Shown one piece after another: positions 1 to 10,884 of a DNA stretch of 34,632 bases (position 1 is its first letter; every line of letters begins with the position of its first letter). The notes beneath the pieces are model-generated. The model had not been told where the DNA came from. It saw only the letters and a list, made by a program, of their open reading frames with translations, and ran no database searches. This DNA is from Octopus bimaculoides (Eukaryota). The translations under genes and the position numbers were made by a program. The stretch is from NCBI RefSeq assembly GCF_001194135.2, contig NC_068989.1:51864221-51898852 (forward strand), read 5' to 3'.

Positions 1-292
1 GGAATGTAAAAACAGAAACAATTCCTATCATAGTAGGTGCCTTAGGTATAATAAAAAAAATATTCAGACAAATACATAACAAAAACACCAGGACTTACAA
101 ATATATATAACATACAGAAAATTGACCTACTGGGTACTGCACACATTCTACGCAAAACACTTTCAATACAGTAAACATAAGAGCACCACAGCAAACCACA
201 GCACATACCCAAGGCGCACAGAGCTGCGCTAGGTAGTGAAGTGAAAGCACGTTATAAAAATAAAACTACTGAACAATAATAATAATAATAAT
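1..292 (+). mobile_element. 3' end of R4/Dong-type RLE non-LTR retrotransposon (family A) with (AAT)n tail
   Basis: Manual translation gives NVKTETIPIIVGALGIIKK, a +1 shift in the A-run at 52-60, then YSDKYITKTPGLTNIYNIQKIDLLGTAHILRKTLSIQ* (stop 172-174). The IPIIVGALG...LLGTAHILRK ending is typical of R4/Dong RLE C-termini. A short 3' UTR follows, then (AAT)n at about 274-292. Confidence 0.85.
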
Positions 293-1343
293 TGAGGAAA
301 GCAGCTTAGGGTGGTATAGAGGAAAACAGCCTAGGGTGGCATATACGAAATGCCATGGAGCCACTGTTGAGATACACGAAGGAGGCCGGCGTCATCAAAA
401 CTGACATTTGGTAACTAAAGAAAAATTTTAAAAAGAAATGAACAAAAAAAATACGAAAATGCATGGACGGAAAAGAAATTGTACGGTCGGTTTGCAAGAT
501 ATGTGAATGCCAAAACTAATGCAGAGGACTGGTGGTTGGTGGCTGTAGATGAAGAGGAGTGACCTGTAAACAGAGACAGAAGCACTCATATGTGTAGCTC
601 AGGAACAAGCGTTAAGTACCAATTAATTGTATGAAGTGCAGAATTGATAACACTACGGATAGCGACAAATGCAGAATGTGTAGTGAGTGGGGTAGAATTG
701 TATGGCACATCGTTAGCGAGTACCCGAATTTGACACAACGTGAATATAAAGGAAGCCATGACAATGTGACAAGAATGATCCATTGGGAGCTCTGTGGAAA
801 TCGCTGCCTACAACGGGCAAAGCCATAGCATGAGGAAACTCCAGAAGGAGTCGCCGAAAACGAGAACTGCAAAATCCTGTTGGATATGATGATCCAGTGC
901 GATGACCTGACCACACATCAGAAACCAGACATTGTTGAAGTAAACAAAAAAGAACGAACATATATGATAATCGACATTGCATGCCCCGGTGACAACAGGT
1001 TCAATGTGAAAGAAGAAAATATAAACAACCATGACGGTTTAAAGTGGGAAATAAGAAGGTTGTAGGTAACGACGTGAGTAGACGTGGTGCCAATAGTAAT
1101 TGGTGTACTTCGAAGTATCATCACTCAACTACCAACATGGCTGAAAAAGATCGGTGCAAGTGTGAAGGTAGAACACCTACAAAACCCAGCATTACTTGGC
1201 ACTGCTAGAATTCTTCGCAGGATTCTTGAATCATGACCAGTAGCCAACTGCCACCTTAGTCTCCTGGCCGCGGACAGCTGACATTTTCCATCACACCCAG
1301 CAACGTAAGCTGTGGTAAATATGCAGATTAAAATAAAATAAAA
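293..1343 (+). mobile_element. 5'-truncated R4/Dong-type RLE non-LTR retrotransposon (family B), decayed ORF
   Basis: Landmarks appear in the expected order: TETEALICVAQEQAL; degenerate CCHC knuckle KCRMC...WHIVSEY; QREYKGSHDNVTRMIHWELC; RLE catalytic motif KPDIV...IIDIACPGD; VVPIVIGVL...ALLGTARILRRILES* (stop 1234-1236). There are several in-frame stops and frameshifts. The 3' UTR runs into a microsatellite tail. Confidence 0.92.
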
Positions 1344-1397
<54 letters not shown>

Positions 1398-1462
1398 GCT
1401 ACTGCTGCTGCTGCTGATGATGCTGTTGCTACTGCTGCTACTACTACTACTACTACTACTAT

Positions 1463-1515
<53 letters not shown>

Positions 1516-1578
1516 ATTATTATTATGATAATGATAATAATAATAATAATGATAATGATGATGATAATAATAATAATG

Positions 1579-1633
<55 letters not shown>

Positions 1634-1635
1634 TG

Positions 1636-1692
<57 letters not shown>
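1344..1692 (+). repeat. Compound trinucleotide microsatellite (ACT)n/(GCT)n/(GAT)n/(AAT)n
   Basis: Seen directly; it is the source of the poly-I/S/L ORFs 1125..1727 and 1417..1746. Confidence 0.98.
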
Positions 1693-1695
<3 letters not shown>

Positions 1696-2251
1696 TCCCT
1701 GATGCAGTACCAGGTAGTGGCTCTCATGGCTTTTGATCTTAACTGATTGGAAGTGTTTTCATGTACATTGTTTTGTCTTGGTATAAAAGATGGGCTACAA
1801 CAAATATTCTGCCACTGATTTGCTTGTCAGTTGTTAGACCTTAGACAGTTGAACAAATCCTTTGGTGGCTAACGATATGAGCATCTCTGATCACGAGAAT
1901 TAGTGGGGGAGCATCATAGCCGTGTGCTGAGAGTAATTCTTTGGAGTTTGGATAGTTCACCTCTAGAATCATGGGTGTTTTATTCAACATCTTTAAACAA
2001 CCCTTATGCAAGGACCATTTGATTAGTATGGTCTACATGACCTGAAGAAGATTCTAACTTGGTGCTACCAGCAAGGTCAGTCGCTTTTTATTTTGATATG
2101 CGATCACCATGTCACGCACATATTGTTGTGATACATGTGCCTGTCGTAACCCTATCAGACGGGTAGTCATGATAGGTATACTGGGCTTTATATAATTTAC
2201 TCCAGCGTCGTTATGATAATATGCGCTGCTCTTTCATTCAATAATAATAAT
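1693..2251 (+). mobile_element. Non-coding interspersed repeat (~560 bp) flanked on both sides by (AAT)n; probable non-autonomous retroelement
   Basis: No ORF or protein motif was found. It starts right after the AAT array and ends CATTCAATAATAATAAT. It resembles an abundant octopus repeat as I recall it (not verified). Confidence 0.6.
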
Positions 2252-2640
2252 ATTGCTATATAGTTGATGTTGCATTCCATATTGACCCACACATAGTCAA
2301 GAAGGAAGACGAAAAATAGATTGATAGATACAACCTTCTTTATTACGAAATAGCCCGGCTATGTAAAATGAAGAGGATGATGATTGTACCAATTCTAGTT
2401 GGGTCCTTGGGAAAAATATCAGAAGGCATCAAGAGGAATATAAAGAAGATTGGAACAGAGGGCCTAGTAGAACTGTTTCAAAAGATCTGCTTCCTTGGCA
2501 TGGCCAGAATTATCAGGAAAGTATTAGAAAGCTGAAAAGAATGAATAGCATGGTAGGCTGCAGGTTGTAAGCCCACTACTCATGCAAGACTCCAGCAGTT
2601 TCAACAAATCCTGTGATAAAGAGAAAATAATAATAAGAAG
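2252..2640 (+). mobile_element. 3' end of R4/Dong-type RLE non-LTR retrotransposon (family C)
   Basis: A single frame 2254-2535 with one internal stop reads CYIVDVAFHIDPHIVKKEDEK*IDRYNLLYYEIARLCKMKRMMIVPILVGSLGKISEGIKRNIKKIG...QKICFLGMARIIRKVLES*. A 3' UTR ends in AATAATAATAAGAAGAAG. Confidence 0.85.
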
Positions 2641-5629
2641 AAGAGACCTGTAAATCAGAACAATGCGAGAAGGTATAACGCAAACTACAAAAAGAAAAGA
2701 AAAAGTACAAAGCAGTATATTTTTGTAATCCCGGGGCTATGACCCCCTCTTGAGCACATGTGGAAAAGAGAGGGATGGAGAGCCCATTAATCAGATGCGT
2801 GGGATCGAAAGAGGAAGAGTATGAAAGGAAGAAGCAACATGCGCGGACGGTATGTAACGTATCATAGACATAATTTAAAACTATATCTTTGCTACAACCA
2901 GCTGGTTGGTGGATGGATCACTGTAGCCAATTATTATTGCTACGTATGATGAACAGTGTTAAGCCAATCTATACTATTACTGATTATATTCAAGAATATA
3001 TCACTGGTAATATTAATTTCTGCAAACGTGATTTTGTAGCGGTATATACTATTCAATAATACTCATACAGAAAGGATTAATATTGACCTTTCATGATAAA
3101 TACTAATTAATTCTAATGTGAACATTCAACACAAGCTGACTCACGTCTTAACATTAATATCTGGCAAATATCTTCAATAAAATTCTCAAATACGGATCAT
3201 ACAATACACAATTTGAACAGTAAATTGCATATGAAACGCAGGCATAGTAACGAACACAGATTGTACGTGGAACTTGTGTACAGCTTTCCAATTATTCTAA
3301 ATCAGTCACAAAATTTCACTTCATGGGCATATTATCAAGTTTTTTGAAAATCAAAGAATATGATATAAATTACATTTCATCTACACATTTCTAAATCAAG
3401 ATTAGAGCAAGCAGATATAATTAGAAAATATTCAGGAAATTGGACGTTACCCATTCTACAATAACAGCTCAGACACATTCAAGATGCACCCTAACTACGA
3501 ATAGAAGTACGGTAAGGAGGTATGCATCGTATCGGAATTATATATTAGCAGCAGACTGAATTTTCATTGCGAGATTTCTGTCTACTAACAATTTACATAC
3601 CCAAGCCGACTGGTGCCTAAAGCTATAAACTGTACAATGTTGATGTTATTATTTTAAATCACGACAATTTAAACAAAATATTTTTTAAAAATACATTATT
3701 TTCTTGGAATGTATGTATACCAATTGAATTATTATATTAAATGATTTCGTCTTAATGTACAATACAATAAATCTATTCATTAGAAGTCAATCGATAGAGT
3801 CAACTGCAAAATTTAACCTACGTAACAGCTAAAAAGGAAATATATTTTTTTCAGATCACCCAATTGTAAGGTAGAAAAAAGTCTATCGCTATCCTTGTTT
3901 CCAACAAGGTTTAAGTGATTCACAGTTACGTCATATATAACGCCACACCTCTCTGACAGGCATTCGCTCAGTTTCCCTTAGCTGCATATATGTCTATTGG
4001 AATATGTAAGCTGAATGTCTGCGTAAGGCCAGTCTGAATAATTATAAAAAGTTGTGGATGAACTATTCAATTCCTTTCTGTTAATAGAACATTTTCAGGT
4101 CCTATATCGAAATACTTCGTTGAAAAAAAAATCACCCACTACATTTCTCCGAGTAAAATTTTTAATATTTCGGGAATTCAAATTGTGCATCTTAAATTGT
4201 TTGATCTGCCTGAGAAAATGACAAGAGATTTTATACCCTTTTCCGTTACATGAAGAATGCAGTTAATGGATTCATTCTTTTATAGCATTATTTTTAAGCT
4301 CGTGGAAATATTGCTATGTTAGCATTATAATATTTGAAAACAATATTATTAACGCCTTCTTGATTACCGAGTTAGCAAATTATATTTCTACGACATGTGT
4401 AATTAATACGCTGCTATATTAATTTTGTATAACATGTTAGACGTAAGTGACACTGTTCAACATATTGCACTAGTGGTATTACAGATTGTCAATTTTTAAC
4501 TCATTTTATAACACATTTGCAAGTCGTAGATTCGTAATGAAACAACAAAAACTGACAAGATCTATCACTCGGTTCAAACATCCTCGCGCCTATATCAGAG
4601 AAATAACCTTTGAAATATTTGATAGAAATATTTTGCGAAAATACGAGACGATAAATATAGAATGATACAAGCACTAACAAATGGAAATAAATAATAATCT
4701 ATTTGTAAGCAAAAAAATTGATAACTCATAAAAATATGTGTGTTATGTCAGATAAATTGAAACAGCAGCTGATAGAGAGTGAGTCCGTTGGAGAATTAGT
4801 AGAAGTAAAGAATAAATGAAGACAAACAAACGGAAAATTTAAGAGAATATTTATTGAATAATCGTAAAAGAGAAATAAAGGGAAAATCAAATATTAAATT
4901 GAAGATAGTCTGATGGGGTTTTAAAATATTAGAGTATTGCTGTATAACTTCCCAAATATTACCAAAGTGAGATAAGAAAGAAACATTTGAAAGATAAAAT
5001 CATTTTTATGAATGTATTACTTCCATTCCGTTTAACATGGTATCAAGCGATGAATGCCAGATAAGATGGTTATTGATGTAATGTATACAATATTTGAAAT
5101 AATATCCTGTAGCTACTAAATATGTTAGCTTAGAAATTCAGATTTTATCAAATCAAGCATTTTGAGATGTTTATCGTAATATATAGCATATATTATTTAA
5201 TATTCTTTGTTATCTCAGTCAAAATACATCTTCACAGCGTTTCCATTCCTAATATATAATTAGTATTTACCTCTAAAGAATATATTTATCTATTCCATAG
5301 TAATGGAATATAACTCCTTTTTAAAGAAAAAATAATATTCACTATTAAAAGATAAATGTAGATGTTTTCACGTTCCTATAAGCTGTCTCAGGAAAAAATA
5401 AAAAAACATTATTGGTATTAATTTATTTAGAAGTGAACTTGAAATGTCCAGCTAAAACATAATGAGTAAGTGAAAATTCAGCTTCATTTCCCATATACAA
5501 TCAAGGTGTCTTATATTATTTAGTGTGTTTGCGTGTGTCTGTCTGTGTTTGTATATATGTGTTTATAAATGTATGAATCTATCTTTCTATCGATCTGTGT
5601 TTGCATACATACGTCCGTATCAATATAAA

Positions 5630-5742
5630 TACGCGCAGCTGCCTGATAAGAAATTTGTTACTCAACCAATTGTTCACGGTTCAGTCCCGCTGCATGGCAC
5701 CTTCGGCAGTTGTTTTCAACTTTAGCCTCACACCTACCATTA

Positions 5743-5790
<48 letters not shown>
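5630..5790 (+). mobile_element. tRNA-derived SINE family 1, degraded 5' part plus (TG)/(TA) tract
   Basis: CACGGTTCAGTCCCGCTGCATGGCACCTTCGGCAGTTGT matches the B-box region of the full copy at 6851-7277. Confidence 0.7.
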
Positions 5791-5793
<3 letters not shown>

Positions 5794-6764
5794 GATTCTG
5801 TGTATAAAATGCTTTCTTCAGTTACAGTTGTAATAGTCATTAGTCATTCATTGACTTTGTCATATAATATGTAAGACATTATTTACGAGTATTCAGATAT
5901 GAAAATAAAGCCGGATTATTCATCAAAGTCTTACAGAGAAAGTAAATTTGCAATGACCTCTGTTTCGCGGATAACGGGATGTGAAAGGTTTATTAACGAT
6001 TACAGTATATTTGTGACTATTGTCTTCTTAAGATTGACATTTATATGAAAGTTCTTTCATTATAAAATACACTGTTATATATACATTATATAGATATAAA
6101 TGCACACACATATATTGGTATACATGTACATATACATACATACATGCATACAATATTTGTAATGGTGAATAACACATATTTAATTCAGGATTATATCATA
6201 CTAATGGCGACGCCTGTTTCCATTTCATAATCGTTTTTAAATATAACAAATGAAAATAGATCCAGTTTTGAAAGATGTGTATATTGTACAATTTCTAACT
6301 GTTGGCCGTTGAATGACGTAATTTGAGATTAATTATCTCTTATTCTTCGTTCTTATTTAAGTTTGTATGATATTCTCCGAAAATTGTCGAAATGTTTTTA
6401 CATGGATGCAAACTCTATGAGAATTTTACGTGTCTCAGCACAGCGACTAATTGCTTAAAATATAACAGCCTGGATTTATAAATCCTTAATACTTGGTATA
6501 ACATGTATGGATGTATGTATGTATGTATATATATATTTGTGTGTGTGTGTGTGTGTGTGTGAGTGTGTGTGTGTGTATATACATACATATATATATATAC
6601 ACAAAATATGAGGTTCACAAGTGATTTAAACGATTAGGTAAGCTAAGTGCTGTAACGGATATCCCAGAAATAGCTGTAAGACTTCGAATTTTTTCCTGTA
6701 ATAATAATGCATATGAATTGAGATGTTTGCCTTGCCTTAACGTTTGTTGTCATCTTTAACAATG

Positions 6765-6795
<31 letters not shown>

Positions 6796-6850
6796 NNNNN
6801 NNNNNAGGTAGAAAGTGCTAAAATAACTTTAACATGAAAAACATTTTGTA

Positions 6851-7277
6851 ACTCTTTTACTCTTTTACTTCTTTCAGTTATTTGACTGTGGACATGCTGG
6901 AGCACCGCCTTTAGTCGAGCAATTTGACCCCAGGACTTATTCTTTGTAGGCCTAGTACTTATTCTATCGGCCTCTTTTGCTGAACCGCTAGTTACGAGGA
7001 TGTAAGCACACCAGCATCGGTTATCAAGCGATGGTGGGGGTACAGACACACACACATACAAACATATACACACACCCATACATATATAAATATATATATA
7101 TATACATATATACGACGGGCTTGTTTCAGTTTCCGTTACCAAATCAACTCACGAGGCTTTCGTCGGCCCGAGGCTATAGTAGAAGACACTTGCCCAAGGT
7201 GCCACGCAGTGGGACTGAACCCAGAACCATGTGGCTAGTAAGCAAGCTACTTACAACAAAGCCACTCCTACGCCTAT
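6851..7277 (-). mobile_element. Full-length tRNA-derived SINE family 1 (octopus-type)
   Basis: On the minus strand the head is AGGCGTAGGAGTGGCTTTGTTGTAAG (A-box-like) with B-box GGGTTCAGTCCC. It has an internal (TA)/(TG) microsatellite, a central AATAAGTACTAG...CTGGGGTCAAAT domain and a 3' tail of AAAAGAGT repeats. Confidence 0.9.
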
Positions 7278-7399
7278 AACGGTTAGTATCCTTTTCAGTC
7301 ATTTTGACTTTTTTCAACTGAGGGCAAACCAAATTTAATAGAAAATTAAATGAATTGTTTGGTAAATATTTCCGTAGTCGTGAATTTCTAAATATTTCC

Positions 7400-7482
7400 T
7401 TAAATAGGACATTTTCCTTTTCTCTCTGTCTCTGTCTCTGTCTCTGTCTCTGTCTGTCTCTGTCTCTCTCTGTGTCTCTCTG

Positions 7483-7527
<45 letters not shown>

Positions 7528-7556
7528 CTCTCTCTCTGTCTCACTCCCTCTCTCTT
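7400..7556 (+). repeat. (CT)n/(CTCTGT)n pyrimidine microsatellite
   Basis: Seen directly. Confidence 0.97.
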
Positions 7557-7659
7557 CCTTTATGAAGGCCTGAAAAAGAATAGTCTTTATGGGTGCACAG
7601 AAATATTTGGTTCTAAAGTTTGATAGTTTAAGCAGCAACAACAGCAGCCAAGGAAGGAG

Positions 7660-8130
7660 AAGGCGAAAAGGAGGTGAAGAAGAGGATGAGGAAGAAGAAG
7701 AAGAAGAAGAAGAAGAAGAAGAAGAAGAAGATGAGGAAGAAGAAGAAGAAGAAGAAGAAGGAGAAGAAAGAAGAAGAGGATGAGAAAGAAGAAGAAGAAG
7801 AAGAAAAAGAAGAAGAGGATGAGAAAGAAGAAGAAGAAGAAAAAGAAGAAGAGGATGAGGAAGAAGAAGAAAAAGAAGAAGAGGATGAGGAAGAAGAAGA
7901 AAAAGAAGAAGTGGATGAGGAAGAAGAAGAAGAAGAAGAAGAAGAAGAAGAAGAAGAAGAAGACGGAGAAGAAAGAAGAAGAAGAAGAAAAAGAAGAAGA
8001 AAAAGAAGAAGGAGAATAAAGAAGAAGAAGAAGCGGATGAGGAAGAGGAAGAAGAAGAAGAAGAAGAAGAAGAAGAAGATGAAGAAGAAGAAGATGAAGA
8101 AGAAGAAGAAGAAGAAAAAGAAGAAGAAGG
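7660..8130 (+). repeat. Long (GAA)n-based purine tract with ~30-bp higher-order units
   Basis: GAA repeats with GAG/GAT/AAA variants. The unit AAGAAGAAGAAAAAGAAGAAG(A/T)GGATGAGG repeats around 7830-7920. This tract explains the poly-E/K/R/F/S/L ORFs. Confidence 0.97.
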
Positions 8131-8263
8131 GATACATTAGATTTTCCCTGAAACAGCTGTAAGACTTTATCCATAAAATATGATTCTAACTTTGCCATTG
8201 GTCTCTTTATCCTTTCCTTTTTTTATACACACACACACACACACACACACACANNNNNNNNNN

Positions 8264-8745
8264 AGAACGCAACAGACGACAATAAAGGCATACAGACAGA
8301 TAGACGATACAGAAACGTACAGGAAAAGCCAGGACGGAACATTCGTGTCTTTCTTTCATTAGTCAAGCTTCCAATCATCGTTACAATTTCGGCCTGTTAC
8401 ACTTGCGGCTGTTCAAAATTGGTAGGCCCCAAAAATCTAAGCTAAGAGCATTTAATTTTCGGAAGAAAATAAGCGAATATGTGCGACAACACAGACAAAA
8501 AAAAAAAACAAAAAAACAAAACGAGCAGAAAATGTTACACGATTACAAATATCAACAAAAACAACAGCAGGTGTCTTTCTACTCATAATGGCAAGCTAAA
8601 TTGAGCTGGCGTGTAAAGTTGAAGCCTTAAGACACAAACATGAATGAAAGTCAGGCGGCAGGAAATAAGGTGTGTGGCCGGCGGTCAAGCCAAGAAAAAG
8701 AGATCATGCTTCGCCAAACACCGATCACGTAGGAGGAACAGAGAG
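8264..8745 (-). mobile_element. Penelope-like element 3' end / pseudo-LTR fragment, homologous to 33614-34112
   Basis: Collinear with 33614-34112 through shared blocks: GACAATAAA, AGACGATACA, GTCAAG, GTTACACTTG, CTAAGCTAAGAGCATT, AAATTGAGCTGGCGTGTA, CACCG(A/G)TCAC. The PLE assignment rests on the GIY-YIG C-terminus-like translation of the 34 kb copy. Confidence 0.6.
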
Positions 8746-10557
8746 AGATAGGAATCAGAAGGATTGAAGACTTAGGGAAGGAAGTAGAGAAATTAAGGTG
8801 GCTATTTGTAATTTACAACCGATTGGCAACCTGTACAGTCGTTAGTAATGTGACGGATGGTGCTAGTAAGTACCAGCATTGCTAGAAATAAGAGTCAAAA
8901 GATCTCTTAAGCACGTGAGAGCACTTTTCGAACGGCTGACTAGGTAGACATGCTCCCTTCCTACGACAAGCAAAGCAGAGTCATATGAGACTTAATCGAT
9001 CTTCATCAGTGACCCATTACTCCGTCACCGAGGGATCACGAGTATCTTTATCGTTTATTTTAGTTGATCTGAAGCGTAACGTACCGCCACACCAGGATTA
9101 TGCATGAGAAATGGAAGTTGGTAAAAGCATTCAATAAATGATGTCTGAATATGTATAATACTCCAATTTTCATTGTGATGTCTTCACACACTCACACGTG
9201 CGCACGCGCATGTGTATGAACATACATACGCTCGCATATTATTGATATTTTGTACAGGAACAAGTATTTGTAGTTCATTTCAGATGGTGCAAAGTCGATG
9301 ATTTGAATATATTGATGTTTTCTTCAAGTCTCGGAAGTCAAAGCGTGCAGGAAATGTGCATACGAAAATAGTTTTAAAGCTTTGAAATAGTAGAAATTAA
9401 TTCTGGTTAAATTGGTGTTTTATTGAACGCACTGACGGTAAACATAGTTGGCGAGTCGAATGAATTTGTTTTGGCTGCTTGGCGGGAGTATGTGATCAGC
9501 CAAATCTATAAAACCCGAAAAAACGTGGAGGTAACAAAACAGTATCGGAGTGTTTTGGCGAAAGATATCACGTTTCTCCTTATATGCTTTAAAACCTGTT
9601 TCTGTAGTTCTTACGAAATCCAACATGAGGGAGGCGGCTCCAATTATGCACTTTAACAGATCTTTGGAGAATAATCAAGTATCTACTGTATGAAGATCCT
9701 GAAGATCTACAGTATGAAGATCTTGAGCTATGTAGATGCTATTCATATTTCTATATATCTGCATTAATTAGTTGTTCCTGTATTTTGATGTCCCATGACT
9801 GACATTCTATATCTGAAAATACTTCCTTTGATTGTAGATCCGAGAAACTTTGGATTAAATGTATTAAGCAGATATAATTTTGATGCGTATTAGTTTTTAT
9901 ACATATTTCAAATTTGCCTTGGTTTTCATTTAGACATCTTAGAATCGTCTCTTTACCACCCGAAAATTCAATAATATTTCATTGGATTCATTCATGTACC
10001 CATTACTTCCTGTTTCTTTTATATATGTATACCACAACATTTCATTTGTAGCTAGTTAAACGCGAACATTAACGTGGGGGCTCCACAACATAGTATTCAA
10101 TTTTGTGATCCTGTTATATGAAGTGAGATTACCGAGTTTTATTTCACCACTTTCTATGCCCGCATCATTATCTTCAGTTTTGACATTTGTTCTTCCCATA
10201 ACGTACCTCTATTTTACATATACGAGAGCTACATTATTGACGTTGGCATATTTCGCTCATAATTGTTTTATGATTCGATATTGTTTGTGTCTTTAATTAT
10301 ATTTAATTCATCATTTAAACATGGCCAAATGGGCAACCGTAAATTATCATCAGCAACATACTTCATAGAAAAGTCTGATTATCTTTATATTTCAGTTGAA
10401 CTGGTAAGTATTGAAACAGAAACGGGTATGTTTCATGGAAAGCGTTTCATCCGAACTCACAGTAAATTATTCTTTGTTTGAAACTCGTTATCATGGCACA
10501 TGTTTTAATGACACTCTTCATATTGTTGTTACATTAAATTTCCCTCAAATGTCTGCG

Positions 10558-10642
10558 ATACCAGTTGAGCGCTGGGGTCGATTTAATCGATTTATTCCTC
10601 TCCAGAAAGTGCTGGTCTTCTGTCAAAATTTTAATCCAATAT
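10558..10642 (+). mobile_element. SINE family 2, 3' fragment
   Basis: TACCAGTTGAGCGCTGGGGTCGATTTAATCGATT...GTCAAAATTTTAATCCAATATT is homologous to the 3' halves of 15711-15905 and 20753-20955. Confidence 0.65.
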
Positions 10643-10852
10643 TCTCATCGTCTCTAATCATTACCTATATCGGTTGTATGCTTTTACATTGTGGAAAAAT
10701 AATCCATGCAAATCGGTTATTCTTGAAAAAAATCTAAACTTTCAAATATAACAATTATGTATATATATATACATATATATACATATATATACATGACTTT
10801 TATATTTGAAGGTTTACATTTTACATATACAAGAGCTACATTATTGAAGGTT

Positions 10853-10884
<32 letters not shown>

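Noticed and set aside
1125-1746. ORFs with poly-I/S/L runs
   Set aside because: They are translations of the trinucleotide microsatellite and the antisense of the R4 relic.
7174-8198. Long poly-E/K/R/F/S/L ORFs
   Set aside because: They are translations of the (CT)n and (GAA)n tracts, open in many frames at once.
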